Shown here piece after piece: positions 10,025-19,653 of a stretch of DNA of 64,000 nt. Positions within the stretch are counted from its first letter, which is position 1; each line of letters opens with the position of its first letter. Origin of the DNA: Hyphomicrobiaceae bacterium (lineage in GTDB: Bacteria; Pseudomonadota; Alphaproteobacteria; Rhizobiales; Hyphomicrobiaceae); contig JAGRKS010000010.1 of assembly GCA_020442185.1 (NCBI GenBank), forward strand, positions 16,454-80,453, in the 5' to 3' direction. Both the position numbers and the translations under genes were made by a program. The notes beneath the pieces are model-generated. The model ran no database searches and had not been told where the DNA came from. It was given only the letters and a program-made list of their open reading frames with translations.

Positions 10025-11776
10025 ATGAACCGAATTCAGCCACAGGACTATTACGAGATTGCGAGCCATGCGCCGCAGCAGGAGCGCGTGTTCGGACTGC
10101 AGGATATCGTTTGGTACTTGAAGTTCGCATGGCCGCGTATCCTGATTGCAGGCGCGATCGCGACCGGCATTGCCATGCTCTACCTGTCGTTCGCGCCGAG
10201 AACCTACACCGCGACAGCCAGCGTCATTTTCGAACCGAGTACCGGGCCGAACTTCGACCAGAACTCACGCTGGTTGGAGCCAAGTGCTGAGATGACGACA
10301 CGGATCGAGAGCCAGGTCGAGGTTATAAAGTCGGAGCAGATAGCAAGTGCCGTCGTCGCGGATCTCAAGCTCGTCGACGATCCCGAGTTTCTCCCGACGC
10401 CCGGAATGCTCGGGCGCGTTCGCGGGATGTTCAATTTCGTCTCCGGTTCGCAAGTGACGCTCAAACCTGAACAGAAGAAGGCTCTGGTGAGCTCGGGACT
10501 GCTGCGGCAGCTGTCGCTGCGCCGCATCGGCCTTTCGGCGGTGATCGAGGTGAGCTTCACGGCCAGAACGCCAACCAAGGCCGCGCGTGTCGCCAATGCC
10601 TTCATTGTGGCCTACATCGAAAGCGGGTTGAAGCAGAAGGCGGAAGCCGCGCGGGGTGGTAGCGTCTGGCTGCAGGATCGGCTCCAGGAACTGCGGACGA
10701 AGGCGTTCGATGCACTCCGCGAGGCGGAATTGTTCAAGCGGCGTGCTGGCGGCGAGGTCAGCGACTCGACGGTTCGTCTCGCGGAACTCGAGAGCGTGGC
10801 ACAAGCCTACCGGAGACTGTACGAGAATTTCTTCCTGAAGTTCGCCGAGACGCTGCAGCGGGTATCGTATCCCGTCACCGATGCGCGTCTGGTTTCGGCT
10901 GCGTCGCGGGATGCCGTTGCAAGTTCACCGAAGGCGACCCTCGTCCTGGCGTTTGCGCTTGCGTTGGGCGCCATGCTGGGAGGCGCTGTCGCGCTGTCCG
11001 AACTCGCTCTCGATCGGCGTGTGCGGGATTCCCGAACGGTGGCGGAAACCGGGCTTCCGCTGCTTGGTACGGTATCATCGGACGCAGCGCTTGCCGGTTC
11101 ACCGGGCATTGTCGCGGGCGATGATGTGTCGGAGGCTTCTGCCGAAATGCAGGGTGTGTTCCAGTCAACTGCGCTGACGCAGTTGCGGCCGATACATGTC
11201 GATTTGAGAAAGATCGCCAAGCCTGGGCGGCGGCGCGTCGGGATCGTATCGGTCGGGAGAGGCGCCGGGGCAACCACGATCGCAGCCAAACTCGCTCAAT
11301 TCTCGTCGGCTGTCGGCGACAAGGTTCTGCTTGTTGATGCAAGCGTCGAAGATCCCGCGTTGACGCGCATATTGGCGTCGGGAGTCACGCATGGCTTGAT
11401 CGAGGTTATGCGCGGATCAGCGACACCGGAGGATACGATTGTCGAGGTCGCGGCGTGTGGATGCAGCTTGATGCCGCTGGTTCGACGACCTGGCGATACG
11501 ATGACGCCGGGTCTCGGTATGAATACGGATGGAGGGCAGCAAAGACTGGCTGGACTGCTCGGACAGTTCGATATCAGCATCGTCGACCTCTCATCGATGC
11601 CTGATTCTCCCGAAGCTCGACTTATCGCGCCGAAGCTCGACGGCGTCGTGCTCGTCGCGCAGTTCGGGCGGACGCAGATCGATGCCTTGACCGATGCGGC
11701 GCTCGAGATTGGGCGCAACGGCGGATCTGTTCTCGGCGTCATACTCAACAAGTGCCCGGCGGGGTTGCGGATATAG
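10025..11776 (+). CDS. Polysaccharide co-polymerase (Wzz/GumC/ExoP-like) with a C-terminal P-loop-like domain that lacks the Walker A lysine
   Basis: ORF track gives 9806..11776. ATG 10025 (MNRIQPQDYY) has GGAAG upstream. A Wzz-type N-terminal TM (ILIAGAIATGIAMLYLSF, TYTATASVIFEP) is followed by a coiled-coil periplasmic region and a second TM. The cytoplasmic ParA/MinD-like domain reads GIVSVGRGAGATT. Confidence 0.8.
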   Translation: MNRIQPQDYYEIASHAPQQERVFGLQDIVWYLKFAWPRILIAGAIATGIAMLYLSFAPRTYTATASVIFEPSTGPNFDQNSRWLEPSAEMTTRIESQVEVIKSEQIASAVVADLKLVDDPEFLPTPGMLGRVRGMFNFVSGSQVTLKPEQKKALVSSGLLRQLSLRRIGLSAVIEVSFTARTPTKAARVANAFIVAYIESGLKQKAEAARGGSVWLQDRLQELRTKAFDALREAELFKRRAGGEVSDSTVRLAELESVAQAYRRLYENFFLKFAETLQRVSYPVTDARLVSAASRDAVASSPKATLVLAFALALGAMLGGAVALSELALDRRVRDSRTVAETGLPLLGTVSSDAALAGSPGIVAGDDVSEASAEMQGVFQSTALTQLRPIHVDLRKIAKPGRRRVGIVSVGRGAGATTIAAKLAQFSSAVGDKVLLVDASVEDPALTRILASGVTHGLIEVMRGSATPEDTIVEVAACGCSLMPLVRRPGDTMTPGLGMNTDGGQQRLAGLLGQFDISIVDLSSMPDSPEARLIAPKLDGVVLVAQFGRTQIDALTDAALEIGRNGGSVLGVILNKCPAGLRI

Positions 11777-11818
11777 CACCCGCTGGAGGGCCGCAGCGGA
11801 CTCGGCCCGGACGATGCG

Positions 11819-13705
11819 CTATGGCGCTGCGGTGGCAGCGGATGATGTCGGGCGAGACACCGGGATCACGATCGCCGATGGTCTCTCCGTGGCGAACGCT
11901 ATGGTCGTCGTTGCAATCCGACTCGACGTCTCGAGATGGTTTCCCCGGCCGGTATTGAGGTTGCGTTCGAGCCGCGGGAAGCTCGACGATGCGATATGCA
12001 GGCCGATGCGGTGACCGGCCGGAACTTCATACGCAATTGGCGGAAACCGCAGGTCGATATCGATGGGCTTGCCGATCGGCATATCTTGCGGCGCGTCGAA
12101 ACTTCTGCGGTAGCGCATGCGACGGACGCCTTGCTGTATCGGCAGCATGACCCCGTCGGGGTGGATGTCGAGCAGAGTGACGATCAGATCCGTATCAGGG
12201 ACATCGGTCGAAATCGTCAACTCGGCGGAGATATCGCCGATGATCGACAGTGGCGCATCGAGGGGCATCGAGCGGAAGCTCAAGAGGTCCGACCGCGCGT
12301 CATTGGGCCGTTGATCCAAGGGGCCCGCGCGCATGTTCGGATCACCGGTGCAGCAGATCGCACCGCCGATCGAGGGCGTCGGATCGGTTGGATCGTATTT
12401 ATACGTCGCACTGCCTGGTTGCGGCGGCGATGTCTGGAGCCGGCCATCAGGCGCAAGATAGAACCGCAGTTCGCGCGTATCCGCTGGCGGCCAGACGTTC
12501 GATGTCTGCCACCGGTCGGCGCCGAGTACGTAGAACGTATAGGGTGCGAGTTCAGGCATGGGCCCATCGCGAAGCCAATGGTCGAGCCACGATGCGTAAA
12601 GAGCGTCGTAGTCGAAGGCGGCGCTCTTTTCAATTTTCAGATCGCCCACTGCGCCAACGTCGAATGGTTCGGAGAATGTACAGTGGTTGCCAGGTCCGAT
12701 CACGACAGGCTGGTTGTCTCGCGCTCTGGCGTTCTCGGCGTTGGCACGCATCAGCGCCGCGATCTCGAACGTACCGCGAACGCCGAGATCCTGCCACGTA
12801 TTGACATGCAATGCTGGTGAGGCGAAGCGGTCGTTCGGCGCCAGATAGCCGAGCCGGTCCCAGTAGGCATCGTCGCCGAAATTCCTCATGAACGCTTCGA
12901 AATCCGTTGGAGTCCGGCGGTGTCGCGAGACGAGAGTTCCAGTCGGCAGCTCGCTGAGCACCGCCGCCGGATCGACGTCCGCTCCGGCCATCGCATCCGG
13001 AGTCTTGCCGCCTGAGAATGCGAACCAGCCGAAGCCGCTTGCAAGGGTCGGAATGCCGCCTTCGTAGAAGCCGAAGTAGCCCCGTGACGCGCCTCCTCTT
13101 CCGATAGCGCCGCCCGCCGCTTCAAGCAGCAGTGCGGTATGGTGCGGATTGCGCGCCTTTGCGAGAATTGCCTGGTGTTCGCCGAGGGCCGAGCACCCGA
13201 CCGTCGCCACCCGGCCATTCGACCACGATTGTGCGGCGATCCAGTCGAGCGTTGCAGCGCCATCGGATACGGCATGATCGTATGGGGCGAACACGCCTTC
13301 CGAACCAAAGCGCCCGCGCATGTCCTGCACAACCACTGCGTAGCCCCTCGGGCCAAATGCGTGGACCCATTGCAGCGCACCGCCATACGTCGACTTTCCA
13401 TACGGAAGCCTGACAAGCAAAGCAGGTGCCGGTGTCGCGCCCCGATCGGGCAGGTAGATGTCGGTCGCCAGGCGCGTTCCGTCGGGCATGGCGATCATGA
13501 CGTCGCGGCGCATCTCGATCCCCTCCCGCAGCGCTGCGATTTCGAGGCGGAAGACGCGAATGATGGCGCGCGCAGCATCGATATGCATGGCCGCGAAGGC
13601 CGCAGCCACGATGCCGACGGCCAGAACTGCGGTCGCGACGGCCGCGATGCGCCAACGCTGTTGTCCCGACCATTCGTTCCCCGTTCGTCTCCTGTTTGGA
13701 AGCAT
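11819..13705 (-). CDS. CocE/NonD-family alpha/beta hydrolase (peptidase S15-like), N-terminally membrane-anchored
   Basis: 628 aa. Contains MPDGTRLATDIYLP, VVVQDMRGRFGSEG and a GCSALGE nucleophile region, followed by a C-terminal jelly-roll-like part as in X-Pro dipeptidyl-peptidase C domains. N-terminal TM: IAAVATAVLAVGIVAAAFAA. Confidence 0.8.
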   Translation of the reverse strand: MLPNRRRTGNEWSGQQRWRIAAVATAVLAVGIVAAAFAAMHIDAARAIIRVFRLEIAALREGIEMRRDVMIAMPDGTRLATDIYLPDRGATPAPALLVRLPYGKSTYGGALQWVHAFGPRGYAVVVQDMRGRFGSEGVFAPYDHAVSDGAATLDWIAAQSWSNGRVATVGCSALGEHQAILAKARNPHHTALLLEAAGGAIGRGGASRGYFGFYEGGIPTLASGFGWFAFSGGKTPDAMAGADVDPAAVLSELPTGTLVSRHRRTPTDFEAFMRNFGDDAYWDRLGYLAPNDRFASPALHVNTWQDLGVRGTFEIAALMRANAENARARDNQPVVIGPGNHCTFSEPFDVGAVGDLKIEKSAAFDYDALYASWLDHWLRDGPMPELAPYTFYVLGADRWQTSNVWPPADTRELRFYLAPDGRLQTSPPQPGSATYKYDPTDPTPSIGGAICCTGDPNMRAGPLDQRPNDARSDLLSFRSMPLDAPLSIIGDISAELTISTDVPDTDLIVTLLDIHPDGVMLPIQQGVRRMRYRRSFDAPQDMPIGKPIDIDLRFPPIAYEVPAGHRIGLHIASSSFPRLERNLNTGRGNHLETSSRIATTTIAFATERPSAIVIPVSRPTSSAATAAP

Positions 13706-13720
13706 CAGGCTGGCCTTGTT

Positions 13721-15331
13721 TCAGTGCGCAGGCGGAACGCCGGGCGAGCGGCGTCGCACGTCGATGACGAAGTGCCCGGCGCCGAAGCTGACATGATGGA
13801 CACCGTCGACCGAGGCAGCGAAGTCCGGCGTGATCGATCGCACCGCCTTCTCACGGTAATCACGGCGGTCGAGGCGCTCGATGACATTTATGTTGAGGCC
13901 ATAACCATAGGTGGCGAATGCGTTGATCTGTGATGGTCGGTAGAGACGCCCTCCCGCAGCAACGACCGGCCCGGCGTTACGTGCGACGGAACTGCCGATG
14001 ACGACGGGATTGCATCGATGCGGCTCGACGCGTCTCAGATCGGGTCCGTCCACCTCGAACAGGTAGAGCTCGCTCGAATGCTCCTGGAATGTGTGATGGT
14101 CCGACAGGTTGGTCATCAACCATCGCGTTCCGTCGGCGTCGAAATAGTTGGTGTCGGCGGCGAGCATCCCCTCGAGAGCGACGGCGTGCAGTTCCCAGCC
14201 GAATGGGAAGTCCGTCGACCGCCAGATCTCGAGCCGCTTGCGCTGCTGCGATTCCGGCATCATGAAAATGCTGCCGCGATGCCGGAACATGTACGGGTAC
14301 GACAAATGATGATCGAGCTTCAGTGCGATGCCGAGGCGGCGGAACCCCCCGTTCTCGAAAAGCCCGACAGAGATCCAGGCCGGTCCGCCGTCGCCATCGT
14401 CGGCCTCGTAGAACACGTATAGCCGGCCGTTGTGCTCGAACAGGAATGGGTCCGCCATATTGGTCTCTGTCCGCGTGACGGTTGCAGAGCAAGCGGGATT
14501 AAGGGAGGCGATTTCGCCCACTCCGAACCGCAGTTCCCAGTGCGGGGCGGTCTGGCGTATGCGGTCGCTCAGACGTTCGGTTGCGCGCGCGCCGAGCTTG
14601 CCACAAAGCCGCACGCCATATGCAAGAGCCGCTCGTGGTGAAGGCGACGGCGCCGCGGGTGGCGCGGGCAATGCAGCGCCAGAGTTGCCGAAGCAGCGCG
14701 TCTCTGCGATGCGCACGAGCGTTCGCTGCAGAAGAATGACCGACTTCTCGTGGATGAATGCCGCGGTCCGGGCCGAGCTGATTTTCGGATTGTAGTCCGC
14801 AGTCGATACGACAGTGCGCTGTGGTGTCCCGGTCGAGCGCGCGCACACGTCGACAGTGATTGTCGGCTCGCCGCGGAGAACTTCTGCAAACGCGGTCCAA
14901 TCGGCGGACGGATCGCGACTGTCGCAGAAGCTCAAAGAGCACTCCCCGATGCGGGCAACAGAAAGGTCGTCGCAATCGAGTTGCGTGCCGCCGAGGCGCA
15001 GCACGACGTCACATTGAGCACGCCCGCACGATCGATCCGGTGCCGAGAGGATTGGCAATTTCTCGATGCGGCTGCGGATCGGGAGAACATCGAACTCTTT
15101 GGTGCGCGCCAGAAACCGGCTGTCGGCTGCAAGGATGGTGGCGGCGATCCACGACAGAGATCGCGCCTGCGCGGGCGCTTTTGCGTTGATTCTACCGACG
15201 AGGGCGAAGCGGTCGTCGGCGGCAAGGCGTGCCAGCAGACGCCATTGCCAAGGAGTGATGGCGTCTAGGCCTTCGACCAGCAGGACGATCTCAAGCGGCG
15301 GACGTGCGGTTGCCCCGATACCCGCTTCCAA
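13721..15331 (-). CDS. Uncharacterised protein; C-terminal half resembles a GH43/GINT1-N-like beta-propeller
   Basis: The maximal ORF 13721..15514 overlaps the upstream C-T-TE gene by 224 nt. In-frame TTG 15331 (41-nt overlap) or GTG 15364 are more plausible starts. The C-terminal region (DPFLFEHNGRLYVFYEADD, HLSYPYMFRHRGSIFMMPE, DGTRWLMTN) looks like repeated propeller blades. Function is not assignable from sequence alone. Confidence 0.55.
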   Translation of the reverse strand: MEAGIGATARPPLEIVLLVEGLDAITPWQWRLLARLAADDRFALVGRINAKAPAQARSLSWIAATILAADSRFLARTKEFDVLPIRSRIEKLPILSAPDRSCGRAQCDVVLRLGGTQLDCDDLSVARIGECSLSFCDSRDPSADWTAFAEVLRGEPTITVDVCARSTGTPQRTVVSTADYNPKISSARTAAFIHEKSVILLQRTLVRIAETRCFGNSGAALPAPPAAPSPSPRAALAYGVRLCGKLGARATERLSDRIRQTAPHWELRFGVGEIASLNPACSATVTRTETNMADPFLFEHNGRLYVFYEADDGDGGPAWISVGLFENGGFRRLGIALKLDHHLSYPYMFRHRGSIFMMPESQQRKRLEIWRSTDFPFGWELHAVALEGMLAADTNYFDADGTRWLMTNLSDHHTFQEHSSELYLFEVDGPDLRRVEPHRCNPVVIGSSVARNAGPVVAAGGRLYRPSQINAFATYGYGLNINVIERLDRRDYREKAVRSITPDFAASVDGVHHVSFGAGHFVIDVRRRSPGVPPAH

Positions 15332-17978
15332 CCCCGGTCGTTCTCGCGCCTTCTCGTTCGACACGCTCAATGCCAAGTATCCTTCCTTCGACGATCCTTG
15401 CAACCTTTTGCGCCCCAACGTTCGAAATTGCGTCCTCGTGCCAGCCGGTGACGGGATAGACCGGCGTCGTGTCGTCGAGAACACCTTCCCAACCGAACAT
15501 GAGTGCAGATGCACGCGCGTTCGAGGCTTGGGTGGCGAACAGCAATGCCTCGCCGGAATATGGCTCCACGATGCTATCGCGGGTCATGTCGACAAGATGA
15601 TTGGCGATCTCGCCGAGCAGACTTTCCTCTTCAGTCAACGGTCGCACGAGGTTCCAGCGCCGCAGCAGCGCGTCGCCAAGTCCGTTCTTGCGCACGAGAT
15701 CGAATGTGGTGATGCGCCCGCTCAAGCGTTGCCCGATGTAATGCGTCCAGCGGCGCCGGCGCACTTCCCACTTGTGCAGGAACGCGGCTGCCGGAGACAG
15801 TTTCTTGAATGCGCCCGGTGCCCAGCTGTCGATCATGGCGATGCCCGCGACCTGGGCGCCGGCTTCGCGTAGGTGCCTGGCGACGTTGATCGCGACGCGG
15901 CCGTTGACGCAGAGGCCGAGGAGAACGATCGGGCGGTTGCCATACCGCTCCCTGATGCGGCTTGCGGCATCGATGCAGACGGCCTCGAATGTCATGGCCC
16001 GTTGCGCCGCGATGCTCGCGCGGTTCGGGATCCTGAGGTTCGATATTGTCAGGTTGTCCGAAAAGCGGTCGGCCAGGAGGTAGTAGAAGAAGGGATGATT
16101 TATGGTGACGATTACCGCCTGCTTGCGGTCGGCATTCCTTAATTCGATGAGTTCCCAGGCAGGCACGCGTTCGGGCTCCCGCACCTTTTCGTCGCGTCGT
16201 TGCAGAAGGGTCTCGATGGCGGACGCGAATGCGCGGAGATTGGGCGCCATGAGGAAGGCGCCGATACCGGGCTTGCAGCCGAACTCCGCATCGACGCGCG
16301 CCAGCATGCGTATGGCGAGCAGGGAATGGCCGCCGAGAGCGAAAAAGTCGCCGTCGCACGAGCTGCTGTCGATCCCGAGCAGTTCGGACCATATCCCCGC
16401 CAATCTCTGCCGGACGCCGCCTTGTTGCGGGCTCGGCGGGATTTCAACCGTCGCGTTCGTGCCATATGGCTTCGGCGTAGCTGTACGAGACGCTACATCG
16501 ATCACGTTCGATCGCGTCGGATCCGCCGGGGGGCGGGCGAGTTCGGCGGCGGCGGCCGGCTCTGTCGAGGCGGTCGGGGTCGCGGTCGTGACCATCCGGC
16601 TCGACGAAATCGCGGCGGTCGGATTCGAGAACGCCAACTCGAAGCAGGCAATGGCTTCGTCGAGCAACTTGTTGGCCGTCGTTTCGCTGAAGAGGTCCGT
16701 GCTGTATTCGACGGTCATCCGCCAGCCGTCCGGCCTGCCGATCAGCAGCATATTGAAATCGTAGAGCGTGCCAGGCGCGTGCGAAGGGCGGCTCAATAGT
16801 TCGAAGCCTTCGAATACCCGGTTCTGGAAGAAGGTCTTGCGCTGCAGATTGAAGTTTATCGAGATCAGTGGATTGCGCGAGAGGTCGCGTGTCGGTCGCA
16901 GTGCCTCGACAAGCCTGTTGAATGGCATGTTCTGATGTACAACTGCCGACTGGACCTTGCTCTTGGCGATTGCCAGCTGGTCCGCAAACGTCGAGTTCGC
17001 GTCTGTCGGCAGGCGCAGGACCAGGTTGTTGATGAAGACACCGATGAGCGGTTCGAGATCGACGTCGTCACGTCCAGCGATCTGCGTTCCGATCGTTACG
17101 TCCTTGCGGCCGGTCAGGCGGTGAAGGGCTGCGCTGATCACGCCGACGCCCAGTGCGAATACCGAAAGGTCATGAGCGCGCGCGGCTGCATCGAGGCGAT
17201 CGCCGAAGGAAGTCGGTAATGATCGATAGACGCTGGCGCCTCGTGTCGAGCGCACGGCGGGGCGGGGGAATTCGGCTGGAAGTTCGAAGTAGCGGGCGTT
17301 CTCGAGTTCCGATTTCCAGAAGCCGATGTCCGCGTCGAAGCTGCCGCTGGCCTGATAGTCGGCTTGCCACAATGCGAAATCGCCATACTGCAGGGGAAGG
17401 TCGTGGAGTTCAGCGGGTCGGCCGGTCTCGATTGCATCGGCAATGATGCCGAATTCGCGACCGAGAACGCCGATCGAGAAGCCGTCGAACACGCTCTGGT
17501 GGGCGACAATCAATAGCATCGCTCGCGTGGGGTCGAGTTGCGCCATCGTCACGCGGATCAAAGGTGGCTCGCCAAGATCGAAAGGGGCATCTGCTGTCGC
17601 GAGCGCGATCTCGTCGACGCGGCGCTCGCGCTCTTGCTCAGCCACCTTGGTCAGGTCGACGACGTCGAGCACAAAATCGACTGACGGCATGACCTCTTGG
17701 CAGGGCTCGCCGTCGCATTCCACGAGGCGTGTCCGCAGGATCTCGTGACGCTGGATGATGCGACGAAATGCGGCTTCTACAGTCGTTGCGCGCAACGCAC
17801 CGCGAATCTCCCACTTGACCGCTACATTGAGCGCGGGATCGCCGGGTCGCAGCTGGTCGAGAAACCAACAGCGAAGTTGGGTTGCCGTCAGGGGAAAGCG
17901 ATATTCCGGCAGTGCCTTGGTTTCCCTTGCAACCGCAGCGTCGCCAATGTTCTCCGAATGGCTCATGTCGATTTGCAC
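15291..17978 (-). CDS. Stand-alone NRPS C-T-TE protein (no A domain) with HQxxxDG condensation motif and Cys at the TE nucleophile position
   Basis: 895 aa. C domain is about nt 17906-16598, with active site VAHQSVFDG at 17501-17481. T domain is about 16436-16209, with GGHSL (Ser552 codon 16325-16323). TE-like domain is about 16134-15384, with GLCVNG (Cys690 TGC at 15911-15909), IAMIDSW and VTGWHED. Confidence 0.9.
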   Translation of the reverse strand: MQIDMSHSENIGDAAVARETKALPEYRFPLTATQLRCWFLDQLRPGDPALNVAVKWEIRGALRATTVEAAFRRIIQRHEILRTRLVECDGEPCQEVMPSVDFVLDVVDLTKVAEQERERRVDEIALATADAPFDLGEPPLIRVTMAQLDPTRAMLLIVAHQSVFDGFSIGVLGREFGIIADAIETGRPAELHDLPLQYGDFALWQADYQASGSFDADIGFWKSELENARYFELPAEFPRPAVRSTRGASVYRSLPTSFGDRLDAAARAHDLSVFALGVGVISAALHRLTGRKDVTIGTQIAGRDDVDLEPLIGVFINNLVLRLPTDANSTFADQLAIAKSKVQSAVVHQNMPFNRLVEALRPTRDLSRNPLISINFNLQRKTFFQNRVFEGFELLSRPSHAPGTLYDFNMLLIGRPDGWRMTVEYSTDLFSETTANKLLDEAIACFELAFSNPTAAISSSRMVTTATPTASTEPAAAAELARPPADPTRSNVIDVASRTATPKPYGTNATVEIPPSPQQGGVRQRLAGIWSELLGIDSSSCDGDFFALGGHSLLAIRMLARVDAEFGCKPGIGAFLMAPNLRAFASAIETLLQRRDEKVREPERVPAWELIELRNADRKQAVIVTINHPFFYYLLADRFSDNLTISNLRIPNRASIAAQRAMTFEAVCIDAASRIRERYGNRPIVLLGLCVNGRVAINVARHLREAGAQVAGIAMIDSWAPGAFKKLSPAAAFLHKWEVRRRRWTHYIGQRLSGRITTFDLVRKNGLGDALLRRWNLVRPLTEEESLLGEIANHLVDMTRDSIVEPYSGEALLFATQASNARASALMFGWEGVLDDTTPVYPVTGWHEDAISNVGAQKVARIVEGRILGIERVEREGARTTGVGSGYRGNRTSAA

Positions 17979-18024
17979 TCCTGTTTCTTCGGTGCGTGAT
18001 CACTGGGCCGCGTCGGCGTCGGGA

Positions 18025-19599
18025 TCAGCCACCCTTCAGGCTTCGGATCAGGACAGGAAAGTCGCGGGCGCGCAGCACGGCCACTCCGGTGAGGTAGAGG
18101 AGGGCCGCCGGTATCGCCGTGACGAGCAGCGTTACGAAGGGTGCGGCGCCGCGTGCGATGGCCTCGTCGCGGACGATCAGCGCGAGCACGGCCATGCCGA
18201 GCAGAACGGGCAGCAGGAAGATGCATCGGGCGGCGATGCGACGCCAATCGAGGCCGAGCACGCGCGTGTGGAGCCAGATCGTCGTCGCGAAAATGACGAA
18301 GCCCGAGGCAACCTGCGCCCAGGCGACGTGGATCACATCTACTTGCGAGGCCGGTAGTATGAGCGCGATTGCAACGACTGTGTTGAACAACGAAATGCGC
18401 GGCATATAGCGCATTTTGCCGGTCAGCCCCAACATGGGCTCGCTGAACACGGCCGGCGCGAGAAGCAAGCTGGCGAGTGCGAGTAGCGTGACGACTGGTG
18501 CGGCCGGTCGCCAGGCGTCGCCGAGCAGGAGTCCGAGAAGCTCCTCGGACATGATCGCGATTCCGAGATAGGTCGGCGCCGCGAGAGCGAGGAGGAGCGG
18601 CACCATCCACTCGAGTGCCCGTTGCATGTCGGCAGTCGCCGCAGGCCCGGACGGGTCGCCGTGGGGTGATGTGACCTTCCGCAAATGCAGCCATGTGATC
18701 GCGCGTGCCGGTTCGGAGAGGAGTTCGTGGACCGAGCCCAGAAGGCGCTGGCTTGCGCGGAAGAAGCCGACGCTTGCCGCACCGAGAAACGCCCCGATGA
18801 TGAAGGTGCTGAACGAATCACGGATGTTGCCGAGGATGCGCGCGCTTAGAACCGTCGATGAAAAATACGCGACGTCCTTGACGACGTCTTTGCTCACGCG
18901 CAATGACGGATACTGCCCCGTGAGGAACGTATAGCATGAGAGTTGCAGGCACTGAGCGGCTATCCGGGCGAATACCAAGGATGCCGCGCCGACACCCGCA
19001 GTGAGCAGCCAGAGCGCAATTGCGATACCGAACAGTTCGCCTGAAATCTCGCATGCGGCCGCGGCGCCCAACCGGCCCTGGCGGATCAGGATGGCCGCCT
19101 GCGCATCGGCTATCGGTGCGATCAAGATCCAGATTGAAAACAACAGCAGGAGAAGCGGGATCGTGGTCTGTCCCGTGACTTTGAAAACGATTCCGGCTGC
19201 GGTAGCCCCGACGAGAGCGACGGCCAGGCCCGTTGCGAACGCGATCGTGAGAACTTCCGACAACAGCTCCGGCGTGCCGCGCACACTCAGGATGTAGCTG
19301 TTGAAGCCCGCGAGCGCGACGACAACGGCGATGGCTGCTATTGCTGAAACGAGTGCATAGATTCCGAATTCGGTGGGCCCGAGAAAACGCGCTCCGACGA
19401 TGAATATTGCAAGCTGAGCCAGTTGCCGCGCGAGGCGGGCCGCCGCTATTCCGAGGCCGCCGAAGATGTAGCTACGGCCTGCCGGTTCTGCCGTGCGTTG
19501 AGGATCTGACAATTCGATGCTCGCGAAATTTGATTGAGCGGGCGCGAGATGTTTCGCGACGGCCGGCCTATGGGAGCCTTGGCCAGCGACATTCGACAT
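18025..19599 (-). CDS. Wzx-type oligosaccharide flippase (polysaccharide biosynthesis protein, MOP superfamily)
   Basis: The maximal ORF starts at GTG 19653; the first ATG is at 19599. Polytopic membrane protein with ARFLGPTEFGIYALV near the N-terminus, typical of the PST/Wzx family. Confidence 0.8.
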   Translation of the reverse strand: MSNVAGQGSHRPAVAKHLAPAQSNFASIELSDPQRTAEPAGRSYIFGGLGIAAARLARQLAQLAIFIVGARFLGPTEFGIYALVSAIAAIAVVVALAGFNSYILSVRGTPELLSEVLTIAFATGLAVALVGATAAGIVFKVTGQTTIPLLLLLFSIWILIAPIADAQAAILIRQGRLGAAAACEISGELFGIAIALWLLTAGVGAASLVFARIAAQCLQLSCYTFLTGQYPSLRVSKDVVKDVAYFSSTVLSARILGNIRDSFSTFIIGAFLGAASVGFFRASQRLLGSVHELLSEPARAITWLHLRKVTSPHGDPSGPAATADMQRALEWMVPLLLALAAPTYLGIAIMSEELLGLLLGDAWRPAAPVVTLLALASLLLAPAVFSEPMLGLTGKMRYMPRISLFNTVVAIALILPASQVDVIHVAWAQVASGFVIFATTIWLHTRVLGLDWRRIAARCIFLLPVLLGMAVLALIVRDEAIARGAAPFVTLLVTAIPAALLYLTGVAVLRARDFPVLIRSLKGG

Positions 19600-19653
19600 G
19601 CCGTCCCGCTGTTGAAGCCAGATAAGCACCGGGCGCCTAGCATGTCTCACCAC

